DNA of 64,000 nt, taken from NCBI GenBank assembly GCA_034667685.1, contig JAXDQU010000054.1, forward strand, positions 20,742 to 84,741. Direction: 5' to 3'. The stretch comes from Thermoplasmata archaeon. Its GTDB lineage: Archaea > Thermoplasmatota > SW-10-69-26 > JACQPN01 > JAJPHT01. The notes beneath the pieces are model-generated. The model was not told the DNA's origin, ran no database searches, and worked only from the letters and a program-made list of their open reading frames with translations. A program made the position numbers and the translations under genes. Shown one piece after another: positions 48,496 through 58,536 of this stretch (the first letter of the stretch is position 1; every line of letters starts with the position of its first letter).

Positions 48496-48560
48496 AGAAG
48501 GGGACGAAAGAGGAATCCGAGGACTCCTCTTTCGTCCCCTTCTTCACCTTCCTGTGTCGT
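48479..48560. repeat. Perfect 36-bp inverted repeat between convergent genes
   Basis: acgacacaggaaggtgaagaaggggacgaaagagga (48479-48514) and its exact reverse complement (48525-48560); 10-nt spacer. Confidence 0.92.
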
Positions 48561-48572
48561 CGCAGCGCCAAC

Positions 48573-50213
48573 TCAGGAATACTTGTACGGAGCCGCGGCC
48601 GGCGCGGGGTTCGTCGCGTCGAACTTCACGATGTAGAGGCCGGTCGTGTCCTCGTTGAGCACGAGCGTGCCGTCGGGGAAGGCGTCGACCTGCTCGTCGA
48701 AGGGCAGCGTGTCGTTCTTCTTGGGCATGACCTGCGGCGGGATCGCCGGGAGGAACACGCCGATCGAGGGCGGCGCCTTGAGCGAGGTCGCGTTGCTGAC
48801 GTCCGCGGCCCAGATGCCCGCGTGGTAGTCGCTGATGAAGAGCGTGCGGTTGACGAGCGCGAGGTAGTGCGGGCTCGCCTGGTACTCCGTCGTCCACACG
48901 CCGGTGTCCTCGGGGAGGTGCCACTCGCCGACCATCTTGGGCGTGGAGGGGTCCGTGTTGTCGATGACGAAGACCTGGCCGCCGGGCGTCTTGGTGTCGG
49001 TCTTCATCGGGCACTCCTGGCCCGCGAAGATGTAGTGCTTGCCGTCCCACGCGGTCTCCGCCGCGAGCACCTCGTGCACCGCGTTGTGATAGCACGGGCC
49101 GGAGTCGGGCAGGCCGCCGCTGGCCTGGAGGTCGGCGGTCGGGCCGGCCGCGGGCGGGAGCCACATGCCCGTGAGCACCGGCGCCTGGGGCACGGTCATG
49201 TCCAGCGTGATGACGCCGCCCTCCCACGCCGCGAGGTAGGCGTAGGTCTTGTGATCGAGCGGGTGCTTCGAGATCGAGACGTCGGTGTGGCCGTTGACGA
49301 GCGGCGCCGCGACGTTGCCGTCCTTCGTGACGGTGGCGGGCGGCATCGTGAACGTCGACATGCGGACGAGCTTCGCGCCCAGGGGCGTCTCCATGACCTG
49401 GTCGAAGATCCAGTACGACGCCTGGTGGCAGAGGCAGAGCTCGCTGCCGGTGACCCACGTCACGTTGTCGACGCTGGCCGTGCTGACGCTGTGCAGGTTG
49501 ACGCCGGGGCTCGGGTCCCAGTCGGCGTAGACGGGCTTCGTGGGGTCGCTGATGTCGATGAGCACGATGCCGTTGGTGAAGGCGAGGTCGGGCAGCGCGA
49601 AGCGCATGTCGCCGCACGCGCTGCGGAAGCCGAGGCCGGGCGCGTCGCCGATGATGCCCGCGCTGGCCGGACTGCGGTCCGGTCGCGCCGCATCGTCGCG
49701 GACGATGCCGGCCCCGCCGGGCTGGCGCAGGATGCCGTCGAAGGCGAGCACGACGTACTTGCCATCGGGCGTGATGTCGGCGTCGTAGCTGCCCATGCCC
49801 TTGGCGTAGAACTCGCCGACCTTCTTGGGCTCCGTCGCGCTGGTCACGTCCACGAGCACGAACGTGAGATCGTTCTGGAAGCCGTTGACGACGACGAAGC
49901 GCTTCCCGTCCGCGCGCGTCGCGGTGCCGCCGCAGCCGTAGCCGAACGCGGGCTGGCCCTTGAGCGCGTCCGTGACCAGGAAGTCGTGGCCCAGGAGCTG
50001 GAAGTTGGACGTGGACGCGTTCATGTGCTGAAGGACGTCCTTGTGGTCGTGCTCCTTGTCGTGCGCGAGCGCCTTCTCGTACCACGTCGCGTTCATCACG
50101 GGCGTGGGCGCGTTGGCCTGCGTGACGGAGGACGCGGGCGCGTTGAGGCAGCCCGAGAGGACGGGGGCGGCGACGAGGGCCGCCAGGAGCGCGACGGGAA
50201 GGAGCCTGGGCAT
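48573..50213 (-). CDS. LVIVD-repeat beta-propeller lipoprotein, paralog A
   Basis: LSGC lipobox; HDHKD..QH..STSNF; repeated LVD(V/I)(S/T)DP..P; NGHTD; SPHY. Confidence 0.75.
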   Translation of the reverse strand: MPRLLPVALLAALVAAPVLSGCLNAPASSVTQANAPTPVMNATWYEKALAHDKEHDHKDVLQHMNASTSNFQLLGHDFLVTDALKGQPAFGYGCGGTATRADGKRFVVVNGFQNDLTFVLVDVTSATEPKKVGEFYAKGMGSYDADITPDGKYVVLAFDGILRQPGGAGIVRDDAARPDRSPASAGIIGDAPGLGFRSACGDMRFALPDLAFTNGIVLIDISDPTKPVYADWDPSPGVNLHSVSTASVDNVTWVTGSELCLCHQASYWIFDQVMETPLGAKLVRMSTFTMPPATVTKDGNVAAPLVNGHTDVSISKHPLDHKTYAYLAAWEGGVITLDMTVPQAPVLTGMWLPPAAGPTADLQASGGLPDSGPCYHNAVHEVLAAETAWDGKHYIFAGQECPMKTDTKTPGGQVFVIDNTDPSTPKMVGEWHLPEDTGVWTTEYQASPHYLALVNRTLFISDYHAGIWAADVSNATSLKAPPSIGVFLPAIPPQVMPKKNDTLPFDEQVDAFPDGTLVLNEDTTGLYIVKFDATNPAPAAAPYKYS

Positions 50214-50278
50214 GGCTGGATCGGGCCTGACTCCTGGGAAGCCCACTTCATCGTTGTGGCGCGCCTGATGAACAATGC

Positions 50279-50757
50279 TCAGAGCAGCGGGGCGAGCCGC
50301 TCCCACGTGTCCAACCGCCGCGCGGCCTCCTCGACATAGGCGCGGTCCAGGACGTGGGCGCGCGCCACCTGCTCGACGTCCACGGCATCCTGCGCGGCCT
50401 TGGCCCGCGATCGCGTGGGCGCGACCATGTAGGCCGACTTGAGCAGCACGAAGTCCTCGGGGCGTGGCACCCAGACGTCGCGCCCGAGGAGCTCGCTCCG
50501 TCGGCGCACGCGCTGCGCGAGGGCCTGTCGGGGGAGCCAGTGCGACGCGAAGAAGAGCTCGAAGGGGAGACGATGAAGCCGAACGCGACCGACATCCCGC
50601 GAGGGAGCCTGGCCGGGAGCGCCACCTGGAGGTCCACGTCGAACGTCGCGCGAGGCACGCCCAGCGCGTCGAGCGCGAGACCGCCCACGAGCATGCTCGG
50701 AAGCGACTCGCCCTCGAGCGCCGCCACGAGATCCGCGAGGTCGGCGGCGACGTTCAT
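50279..50757 (-). pseudogene. Nucleotidyltransferase (DUF6036/AbiEii-like) with internal deletion and frameshift
   Basis: VGGLAL...PRATFDVD in one frame, ELFFASHW...PEDFVLLK...QD in another; 479 nt, not a multiple of 3; about 20 codons missing relative to the paralog at 52652; junction near 50570. Confidence 0.75.
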
Positions 50758-50969
50758 CCCCGGCTCCTCTTGCGGAGCGCCCAGAACGCCTCGCGGGCCT
50801 GGGCCTCGGTGAGATCGGAGGTCGGCAGGCCCTCCTCGCGGAGCGCGGCCTCCATCGCGGCCTGCGCCATGCGGATCCCCTCGTCCAAGCGCTGCTCGGG
50901 CGTGGTCCGCTTGAGGTACGCGCGCCTGGCCGCGTCGCCCATCGGCCGCGACTCGGCGCGCGCCGCCAT
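50754..50969 (-). CDS. Small helical partner of the nucleotidyltransferase (antitoxin-like)
   Basis: TTPEQRL motif; ATGA overlap with the NTase. Confidence 0.6.
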   Translation of the reverse strand: MAARAESRPMGDAARRAYLKRTTPEQRLDEGIRMAQAAMEAALREEGLPTSDLTEAQAREAFWALRKRSRG

Positions 50970-51013
50970 GAACCTTGCGAACCCTCAAGACCGGAGCCCG
51001 GCATCGGCGCGCG

Positions 51014-52441
51014 ATGAGCAACCCCTGGTCCGGCCGCTTCGACGAAGCGCCCGACAAGGCGTTCCTGGCGTTCAGCAGCAGCCTCGCGGAGGACGCGCTC
51101 CTGGTGCGCGAGGACGTCGTGGGGAGCCTCGCGCACGTGGCGACGCTGCGCGACGCGGGCGTGCTGACCCCCGCGGAGCACGACCAGATCGCCGCGGGGC
51201 TGCGTCAGGCGTACGCGGACCTGCGCGCGGGCCGCGTCAAGCTCGCGGAGGAGCTGGAGGACGTCCACATGAACGTGGAGACGCACCTGGCCAAGATCCT
51301 CGGGCCGCTGGCCGGCAAGCTTCACACCGCGCGCTCGCGCAACGACCAGGTCGCGCTCGACATGCGGCTCTGGACCCGCCGCGCGCTGCTCGACCTCGCC
51401 TCCTCCTCGCTCGACCTCGCGGACGCGCTCTTGGCGAAAGCGGCCGCCACCTCCGAGCTGGCGATGCCGGGCTACACGCACCTCCAGCCCGCGCAGCCGG
51501 TCACGCTGGGCCACGCGCTGCACGCCCACGCCGAGCGCGCGATGCGCGACGCGGGCCGCGCGCTGGACGCCTTCGCCCGCGCGAACGTGAGCCCGCTGGG
51601 CGCCGCCGCGCTCGCCGGCACGAGCTATCCCATCGACCCGCGGAAGACCGCGGAGCGCCTGGCCTTCGCGCGCGCGTTCCCCAACAGCCTCGACGCGGTG
51701 AGCGACCGCGACTTCGCCGCCGAATCGCTCTTCGTCGCCTCGCTCGCCGCGACGCACCTCGCGGGCCTGGGCGAAGAGCTGGTCCTCTTCACGAGCCCGG
51801 CGTATGGCTTCCTCCGTCTCCCCGAGGCCTACACGAGCGGCAGCAGCATCATGCCGCAGAAGCGCAACGCCGACAGCGCCGAGCTGCTGCGTGGCCGCGC
51901 CGGCCGCGAGGTCGGGGATCTCGTGGCGGTGCTGACGATTCTGAAGGGCCTGCCGCTCGCCTACAACCGCGACCTGCAGGAGGCCAAGGCGCCGCTCCTG
52001 CGCAGCGTGGCGCGCGTCGTCGAGTCGCTGCGCCTCGCCCGCGCGATGGCCGCGGGGCTGGAGCCCGTGCCGGAGCGCATGCGCGAGGCGCTCGCGTACG
52101 GCCACCTCGAAGCCACCGAGCTCGCCGACCTGCTCGCGCAGCGCGGGATGCCCTTCCGCGAGGCGCATCACGTCGTGGGCGCGCTCGTAAAGGACGCGGA
52201 GCGCACCGGCAAGACGCTGAGCGCGCTCGCGGCGGCGCATCCCGCCTTCGCGGGCGCCGACCTCTCGCGCTTCGGGCCCGGCGACGCCGCGGCGCGCAAG
52301 ACGAGCCCCGGCGGCACGGCGCCGGCGCGCGTGCGCGAGGCGGTGGCCGAGGCGCAGCAGCGCGCGGTCGCGATGCGCGGGCTCGTGGACGCGGCGCGCG
52401 CGAAGATCGACCGCGCGGAGAATGCGTTGCTCCAAGACTAG
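51014..52441 (+). CDS. argH: Argininosuccinate lyase
   Basis: WSGRF, EDVH, HTARSRNDQV, MPGYTHLQ.AQP, GSSIMPQKRN, YNRDLQE. Confidence 0.96.
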   Translation: MSNPWSGRFDEAPDKAFLAFSSSLAEDALLVREDVVGSLAHVATLRDAGVLTPAEHDQIAAGLRQAYADLRAGRVKLAEELEDVHMNVETHLAKILGPLAGKLHTARSRNDQVALDMRLWTRRALLDLASSSLDLADALLAKAAATSELAMPGYTHLQPAQPVTLGHALHAHAERAMRDAGRALDAFARANVSPLGAAALAGTSYPIDPRKTAERLAFARAFPNSLDAVSDRDFAAESLFVASLAATHLAGLGEELVLFTSPAYGFLRLPEAYTSGSSIMPQKRNADSAELLRGRAGREVGDLVAVLTILKGLPLAYNRDLQEAKAPLLRSVARVVESLRLARAMAAGLEPVPERMREALAYGHLEATELADLLAQRGMPFREAHHVVGALVKDAERTGKTLSALAAAHPAFAGADLSRFGPGDAAARKTSPGGTAPARVREAVAEAQQRAVAMRGLVDAARAKIDRAENALLQD

Positions 52442-52479
52442 CCAGAAACCGTCATAGGCAAGATGACCGCTCGAAGGTC

Positions 52480-52659
52480 GTGGAAGGTCCAGCCATCGCG
52501 CGGTGGGTGAAGCGGCACTCACAGCAGGAGCGCTTCGAGGCTACCATGGCGCTGATGGACGCGGCGATCGAGGAGGCGCGTCGTCGCGCGATGGCCGAGA
52601 ACCCCAACGCGACGCCGCGGGACGTTCGCGCCTACATCAGGCGGCTCCGGCATGGCTGA
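52480..52659 (+). CDS. Small helical partner of the nucleotidyltransferase (antitoxin-like)
   Basis: SQQERF...ENPNATPRDVRAYIRRL; overlaps the NTase start. Confidence 0.55.
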   Translation: MEGPAIARWVKRHSQQERFEATMALMDAAIEEARRRAMAENPNATPRDVRAYIRRLRHG

Positions 52660-53221
52660 GGGCAAGCGCGGCGACGCGAACGAGGTTCTCCGCCAGGCGG
52701 TCGCGATCTTCGAGCGCGCCGGGCTTGCGTTCACGCTCGTCGGCGCAACGGCCTATGGGCTCAGGACGCTGCCGCGCGCGACCTACGACCTGGACTTCGT
52801 GGTTGAGGACCGCGCGCCAGCGCTCGACGGGGCGCTTCGGGATTTCTTCATTGACTCGGAGACGCACGACCCCGTCTTCGACCAGCGCGCGATGGTGCTG
52901 GAGGTGCCAACGTTCGTGACGCCGGTGGAAGTGTTCGTCGCGACGCACTGGCTCGCGAAAAGCGCGCTGCTGCGACGCGTCACGATGCGCGCGGGCGATC
53001 TCGCGCTTCCGGTCGCAACGCCCGAGGATTTGCTGCTGATGAAAGCGGCCACGGCGGCGCATCCATCGCGGCCGCGCTACAAGCGCGCCACCGACCTTGC
53101 GGACATGGGCGCGCTCCTCGATGCTGATCTCGGCCTGGACCGCCCCTATCTTCTCGCGTGCGCGACGAGGCTCGGCGTCGTCGACGTGCTTCGCGAGTGC
53201 GGCCTCGACCTTCACGAGTAG
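52652..53221 (+). CDS. Nucleotidyltransferase (DUF6036/AbiEii-like)
   Basis: LVGATA...PRATYDLDF...ATPEDLLLMK...D..D. Confidence 0.8.
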   Translation: MAEGKRGDANEVLRQAVAIFERAGLAFTLVGATAYGLRTLPRATYDLDFVVEDRAPALDGALRDFFIDSETHDPVFDQRAMVLEVPTFVTPVEVFVATHWLAKSALLRRVTMRAGDLALPVATPEDLLLMKAATAAHPSRPRYKRATDLADMGALLDADLGLDRPYLLACATRLGVVDVLRECGLDLHE

Positions 53222-54786
53222 GCGAACGGCGCCGCTTCCGGCATCGGGTTGCTCGCGTCGAACTTCAGCGTGTAGAGCCCCGAGAGGTCGTCGTTGAGGA
53301 CGATGGTCCCGTCGGCGAACGCATCGACCTGCTCGTCGAAGGGCGCGGGCGTGCCGCGGCCGGCGTGCGGCGCGACGGGCGGCGCCTCGTCGGGCAGGAA
53401 CACGCCGATGGAGGGCGGGCTCGCGAGCTTGCTGGGGCCGACGTCCACGGCCCACAGCCCCGCGTGGTAGTCCGACACGAGCAGCGTGCGGTTGACGAGC
53501 GCGACGTAGTGCGGGCTCGCCTGGTACTCCGTCGTCCAGACGCCGGTGTCCTCGGGAAGGTGCCACTCGCCGATCTCGGAGAGGAGCGCCGGGTTCGTGA
53601 TATCAAGCACGAAGACGCTGCCGCCGGGCGCGTGCGTGCTCGTCTTCATGGGGCATTCCTGGCCCGCGAAGAGGACGTGCCGCCCCTCCCAGAGGCCGGG
53701 CGCGGGGAGGACAGTGTGGATCGCGCCGGGATAGCAATCGCCGTTGAGCAGGTCGATCAGCTCGCCGCCTGCGTTGGCCGCGGGCGGGATCCACTGCGCG
53801 ACCATCACGGGCGCGACAGGCACGGTCATGTCGAGGATGACGACGCCGCCGTCCCAGTCCGCGAGGTAGGCGTACTCCATGCCGTCCGCCGGGTTCCTCT
53901 CCAGCGTCGCGTCCACGTGGCCGTTGGTGAGCGGCGCCACGAGCGGCCGCGCGCCGGTGAGGCTCGTCGAGGTGGCGAGGGGCGGCGAGTCGAACGTGGA
54001 GAGACGCACGAGCTTGCCGCCCAGGGGCGTCTCCAGCACCGTGTCGAAGACGAAGTAGGACGCGGGGTGCGCGAGGCTGACCATCGAGCCGATGACGACC
54101 TGCAGGCCGTCCATCTCCGCGGTGCTGACGCTGTGCGTGTTGTAGCCGGGCATCGGGTCGTAGTCCGCGTAGACGGGGCTCGTCGGGTCGCGCACGTCGA
54201 TCATCATGATGCCCGTCGTGACCGCGGCGTCGGGCAGCGCGAGGCGCATGGTCGCGCCGTCGCAGGCGCGCTGGAAGGCGATGCCGGGCGCGGAGGGCAC
54301 GCGGGCGAGCGAGTCGAGCGCGAGGACGACGAAGTGGCCGTCGCGCGTGATCGCGGCGTCCCACGAGCCGATGCCCTGGCTGTAGAACTCGCCCACGCGC
54401 TGCGGGCGCGCGGCGTCGGTGACGTCGACGAGCTCGAAGGCCATGTCGTCGAGGAACGACGCGACGACGGTGAGCCGGCGGCCGTCCGCGCGCGTCGCGC
54501 TGTCGCCGCACCCGTAGGCGCCGCTGGGCTGGCCGCCGTAGTGCGGCGAGAGCAGCGGGTCGTGGCCGAGCTTCACGAAGTTGGGCGTGGAGGCGTTGCG
54601 GTGCTGCGAGAGGTCCTGGTGGTCGTGCCCGGCGCCGTGCGCGAGCGCGGCCTCGTACCAGGGACCCGCGGGCGGGAGCGCGGCGGCGGGCGTGGCGCGG
54701 GCCGAGAAGGCGCCCTCCAGGCATCCCGCGACCGCGGGGACGAGCGCGCAGAGGGCGACGACGAGCAGCGTGCGGAGGCGGGCCAC
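53212..54786 (-). CDS. LVIVD-repeat lipoprotein, paralog B
   Basis: VAGC lipobox; HDHQDLSQH.NASTPNF; GEWHLPEDTGVWTTEYQASPHY identical to paralog A. Confidence 0.75.
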   Translation of the reverse strand: MARLRTLLVVALCALVPAVAGCLEGAFSARATPAAALPPAGPWYEAALAHGAGHDHQDLSQHRNASTPNFVKLGHDPLLSPHYGGQPSGAYGCGDSATRADGRRLTVVASFLDDMAFELVDVTDAARPQRVGEFYSQGIGSWDAAITRDGHFVVLALDSLARVPSAPGIAFQRACDGATMRLALPDAAVTTGIMMIDVRDPTSPVYADYDPMPGYNTHSVSTAEMDGLQVVIGSMVSLAHPASYFVFDTVLETPLGGKLVRLSTFDSPPLATSTSLTGARPLVAPLTNGHVDATLERNPADGMEYAYLADWDGGVVILDMTVPVAPVMVAQWIPPAANAGGELIDLLNGDCYPGAIHTVLPAPGLWEGRHVLFAGQECPMKTSTHAPGGSVFVLDITNPALLSEIGEWHLPEDTGVWTTEYQASPHYVALVNRTLLVSDYHAGLWAVDVGPSKLASPPSIGVFLPDEAPPVAPHAGRGTPAPFDEQVDAFADGTIVLNDDLSGLYTLKFDASNPMPEAAPFAYS

Positions 54787-54787
54787 G

Positions 54788-55183
54788 TCAGACCACCTTG
54801 AGCTTGAGCGTGCCGCGCTCCTCGAGGTCGGCCTTCGCGGTGGGCGTCTTCGAGGTCCAGGGCGTGCGGGTGTACGCGACGCGGATCGTCCAGGCGAGGT
54901 CCATCTCGCCGCGCCGCTGGAGGCGGAAGGGGAGCGCCACGTAGCTGCGCATGGAGTCGTCGCGCACCTTCGAGTCGTCGATGAGGTCCTCGACGCGGCC
55001 GAGCTTCGCGCCCGACATCTCGGCGGAGAGCGCGACGCGCGTCTCGTCCTTGTCGTTGGAGGGCTCCTCGTAGCTGTAGGAGACGACGAGCTCCAGCGTC
55101 TCGCCGGCATGCGCGTCCACGGGCCCCTCGGCCTCGGGCTTCCATGCCATTTCCTCGCCCCGCAGCGTCAGGGTGCCCAGCAT
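54788..55183 (-). CDS. Hypothetical protein
   Basis: Beta-rich ORF with host codon usage lying between LVIVD genes. Confidence 0.6.
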   Translation of the reverse strand: MLGTLTLRGEEMAWKPEAEGPVDAHAGETLELVVSYSYEEPSNDKDETRVALSAEMSGAKLGRVEDLIDDSKVRDDSMRSYVALPFRLQRRGEMDLAWTIRVAYTRTPWTSKTPTAKADLEERGTLKLKVV

Positions 55184-55243
55184 GATGCGACGCGCCTCTC
55201 CAGCCATGATGCGGCCAAGGCGCCGGGCCGATGAAAAAGGCAT

Positions 55244-56751
55244 CTACGGCTTGTGCGTCAGGGTCCACGCCGGCAGGGCCGGCACGCCGGACGTCTCCGG
55301 GTGGAAGCGCAGCACGTAGGCGCCGCTGTAGGCGTCGAACGTGACGAGCGTGCCGTCGGGCTGCGGCAGCACGTCCTCGACGTCGGGCGTGCCGGTCTGG
55401 TCCTTCGCCGGGGGCGGGTCGGGCGGCGCGCGGTCCGGGATGAAGACGCCCAGCGTGGGCGGGTTGGCGATCTGCTCGGGCGTGCTCAGGTTGACGGCCC
55501 AGAGCCCCGCGTGATAGCTCGACACGAAGAGCGTGCGGTCGACCATCCCGACGTAGTGGAGCGAGAAGGCGAGATAGCCCTGCCACTCGCGCTCGACGGG
55601 GATCGTCCAGCGCCCCGCGACCTTGAGGTTCGCCGGGTCGGTGTCGTCGAGGATGTAGACCCAGCCGCTCGGGCGGTCCGCGGGCTTGTCGGTCAGCTCC
55701 TGCCCGGCGAGGACGTAGTGCCTGCCCTCCCACGTGCCGTTGATGGGCCACACGTCGTGGATCGAGCCGTCCGCCGGGATGTAGACGGTCGGGTCCTTCA
55801 TCTCGCTGAAGCTGCTGACGTAGAGCGGCACGCGGATGTTGCTCACGTCCACGACGATCATGCCGGCGTTCCAGTCGGCGAGGTACGCGAGCGTCTGGTG
55901 CGTGAGCGGGTGCTTCGCGATCGTGCCGTCCATGTGGCCGTTCAGGATCGCGGGCGTCTGGCCCGGCACGGGCGGCGCCTGGTAGACGCTCTGGAGGTCG
56001 AGCTTGTCGCCCTCCACCGTGAAGAACTCGTAGAAGCTGGCCTGGTGCTCGATCTGGAGCGCGCTGACGATGGCGTAGGTCACGCCGTCGACCTGGCTGG
56101 TGGCCACGCTCTGCGGGCCCACGGCGCCCGAGAAGAATCCGTCCACGATCTTCGGGTGCGTGGGGTCGGCGACGTTGATCAGCACGACGCCGGGCAGCAC
56201 GGAGAGCAGGCCGTTCGGATCGGTGGGGACGTGGGCGCCGGTGCACGCGTCGCGGAAGTAGGGCTGCTGGAGCGCGCCGGTGATCTGGCCCTGCCGGACG
56301 TTGTTCTGCGCGAGCAGGACGTGCGCGCCGTCGGGCGTCATCGCGACGTCGTAGGCGTGCCCCTCGGGCATCACGAACTCGCCAACCTTCTGCGGGTGAG
56401 CGGGGTCCGTGATATCAACCAGGACGAACATCACGTCGGTGGTGAACGAGTTGACGACCGCGAGGTGGCGGCCGCTGGACGTCACGCTGGTCTCGCCGCA
56501 GGCCCAGCCGCCGGCCGACTTGTTCTCCATCGCCGCGGTGGGGAGCGGGCTCCAGCCCACGACCTCGAAGTTGGGCGTGGAGAGCCCCCTGTGCTGCGCG
56601 GGGTCGTGGTGGTCGTGGCCGCTGCCGGTGGGCAGGGCGCGCACGGCCCAATCGACGTCCGCGACCGACGCGGAGGAGACGACCTGCTGTGGAGCCGTGC
56701 CGAGGCATCCCGCGGCGAGGACGAGCAGCGCGCGGCCGCGACCCAGCGCAT
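55244..56751 (-). pseudogene. LVIVD-repeat lipoprotein, paralog C, with a +2 frameshift in the signal peptide
   Basis: GGTGA RBS and ATG 56751 (MRWVAAA) are out of frame with LLVLAAGCLG... by an extra CG in a GCGCGC run near 56728-56733; the body of the gene is intact. Confidence 0.7.
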
Positions 56752-56760
56752 GATATCACC

Positions 56761-58395
56761 TCAGGAGGGCGACTTGCCGCTGGCGGGCCAGGGCGTGGGC
56801 GCGGGGAGCTTCATCTCGGGGTGCCAGAGCAGCGAGTAGACGCCGCTCAACGCGTCGAAGACGACGAGGTGGTTGCCGCCCTCCGGGAACACGTCGAGGA
56901 CGAAGGGCGCGTAGTCGTAGCCCTGCGTGGGCGTGCGGCCCTTGGCGACCCACTTGTCGGGGACGAAGACCCCCTCGCTCACGGGCTCCTTCATGTTCTC
57001 GGGGTGGTCGAAGTCGAGCTTGAACGCCCAGACGCCGCCGTGGTACATCGCGACGAACGCCGTGTCGTTGACCACGCGGAAGTAGTGCGTGCTGAACAGC
57101 TCGACGCTGCCCCACTTCGCCTGCGTGTCGACGGGCAGCGTCCAGCGCCCGACCTCCTTGACGTTGGCCGGGTCCGTGTCGTCGAGGATGTAGATCCAGC
57201 CGCTGGGGCGGTTCGACGGGTGGCCCGTGAACTCCTGGCCCGCGAGCAGGTAGTGGTGGCCGTTGTAGACGCCGTCGATCGAGCGCGTGCTGTGGAGCGC
57301 GCCGCCGTCGGCGCCCGTGTCGGCCCACGAGCCGAGCACCGTGGGCGCCTGGGGCGTGGTGAAGTCGAGGATGATCATGCCGCCGTCCCAGTCGCTGAGG
57401 TAGACGACGGGCTTCTTCGTGACGGGGTGCACGGAGATCTCGGCGTCCACGTGGCCGTTGGTCGTCGCCATGAGGTTGCCCGCCTGGCCAGCGTCGAACG
57501 TGGAGACCGGGACGAGCTTGCCGCCGGTGGGAAGCTCCTGGATCTCGAAGAACTGGAAGTAGCTGGCCTGGTGGACGAGGTTCGTCGTGGAGGCCGCGAC
57601 GTAGATCGTGTCGCCGACCTTGGCCGTGGACACGCTGTGCGGGCCGATGACCGGCGCGGGGGCGAAGTCCTCGAAGACGGGGTTCTTGGGGTCCGCGATG
57701 GAGACGAGCACGGTGCCCGGCCAGATCGGGAGCGCCTGCTCGGGGCCCGCGTTGCGCACCTCGCCGGTGCACGCGTCGCGGAACCGGGGCTGGACGTGGA
57801 CGACGGGCGCGGGCGCGACGCCGCCGATGGGAACGACCGCGTCGGCGACCGGCGCGTGGTTCTGCTGGAGCACGGGCGTGTCGGCCGCGATGACGACGTG
57901 CAGGCCGTCGGGCGTGATGTCGACGTCGTAGGTGTTCGCGCCGAGGTCCGGGCCCGCGGGCGTGGGCTGGCCGAGCATGTAGTCGCCCAGGTGGACCGGG
58001 TGGTCGGGGTCCGTCACGTCGACGAGGACGAACGCGACGTCGGTGTCGAAGGAGTTGATGACCGCGAGGTGGTGCCCCTGGGCCGTGGTCGCCGTGCCGC
58101 CGCAGAAGTACTCGCCCGCGCTTGCGTTGCCGTAGTACGCGACGCCCAGCGGGTCGTGCGCCAGCTCCTCGAAGTTGGGCGTCGAGAGGCCGACGTGCTC
58201 CGACCAGTTGCGGTGGTCGTGCTTGCTGCCGTCCGCGGGCGTGCTGTTCGGGATCGCCTTCGCGGCCCAGCTCGCGTCGACGACGCTGGCCGTGGAGAGG
58301 GGCGCGCCTCCCGTGGTGGGGGCCTGGACGCAGCCCGCGACCAGCGCAGCGGTGGCGAGAAGGACGACGAGGACGATGGCCCGGGCGGCGGACAT
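56761..58395 (-). CDS. LVIVD-repeat lipoprotein, paralog D
   Basis: VAGC; HDHRNWSEH.GLSTPNF; NGHVD; FSTHY. Confidence 0.75.
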   Translation of the reverse strand: MSAARAIVLVVLLATAALVAGCVQAPTTGGAPLSTASVVDASWAAKAIPNSTPADGSKHDHRNWSEHVGLSTPNFEELAHDPLGVAYYGNASAGEYFCGGTATTAQGHHLAVINSFDTDVAFVLVDVTDPDHPVHLGDYMLGQPTPAGPDLGANTYDVDITPDGLHVVIAADTPVLQQNHAPVADAVVPIGGVAPAPVVHVQPRFRDACTGEVRNAGPEQALPIWPGTVLVSIADPKNPVFEDFAPAPVIGPHSVSTAKVGDTIYVAASTTNLVHQASYFQFFEIQELPTGGKLVPVSTFDAGQAGNLMATTNGHVDAEISVHPVTKKPVVYLSDWDGGMIILDFTTPQAPTVLGSWADTGADGGALHSTRSIDGVYNGHHYLLAGQEFTGHPSNRPSGWIYILDDTDPANVKEVGRWTLPVDTQAKWGSVELFSTHYFRVVNDTAFVAMYHGGVWAFKLDFDHPENMKEPVSEGVFVPDKWVAKGRTPTQGYDYAPFVLDVFPEGGNHLVVFDALSGVYSLLWHPEMKLPAPTPWPASGKSPS

Positions 58396-58536
58396 GGCCG
58401 GGGCAGCCCGGCGCGCACCACTTAACCGTTCCCGCACCCCAGTTGTCCGATGCGCTGCCTGAAATCCGACGCCCTTGTCCCGGATCGGCTCATCTCGGAC
58501 GCTCGGTTCTTGCCCTTGACCGACCCCTGCATCGTC

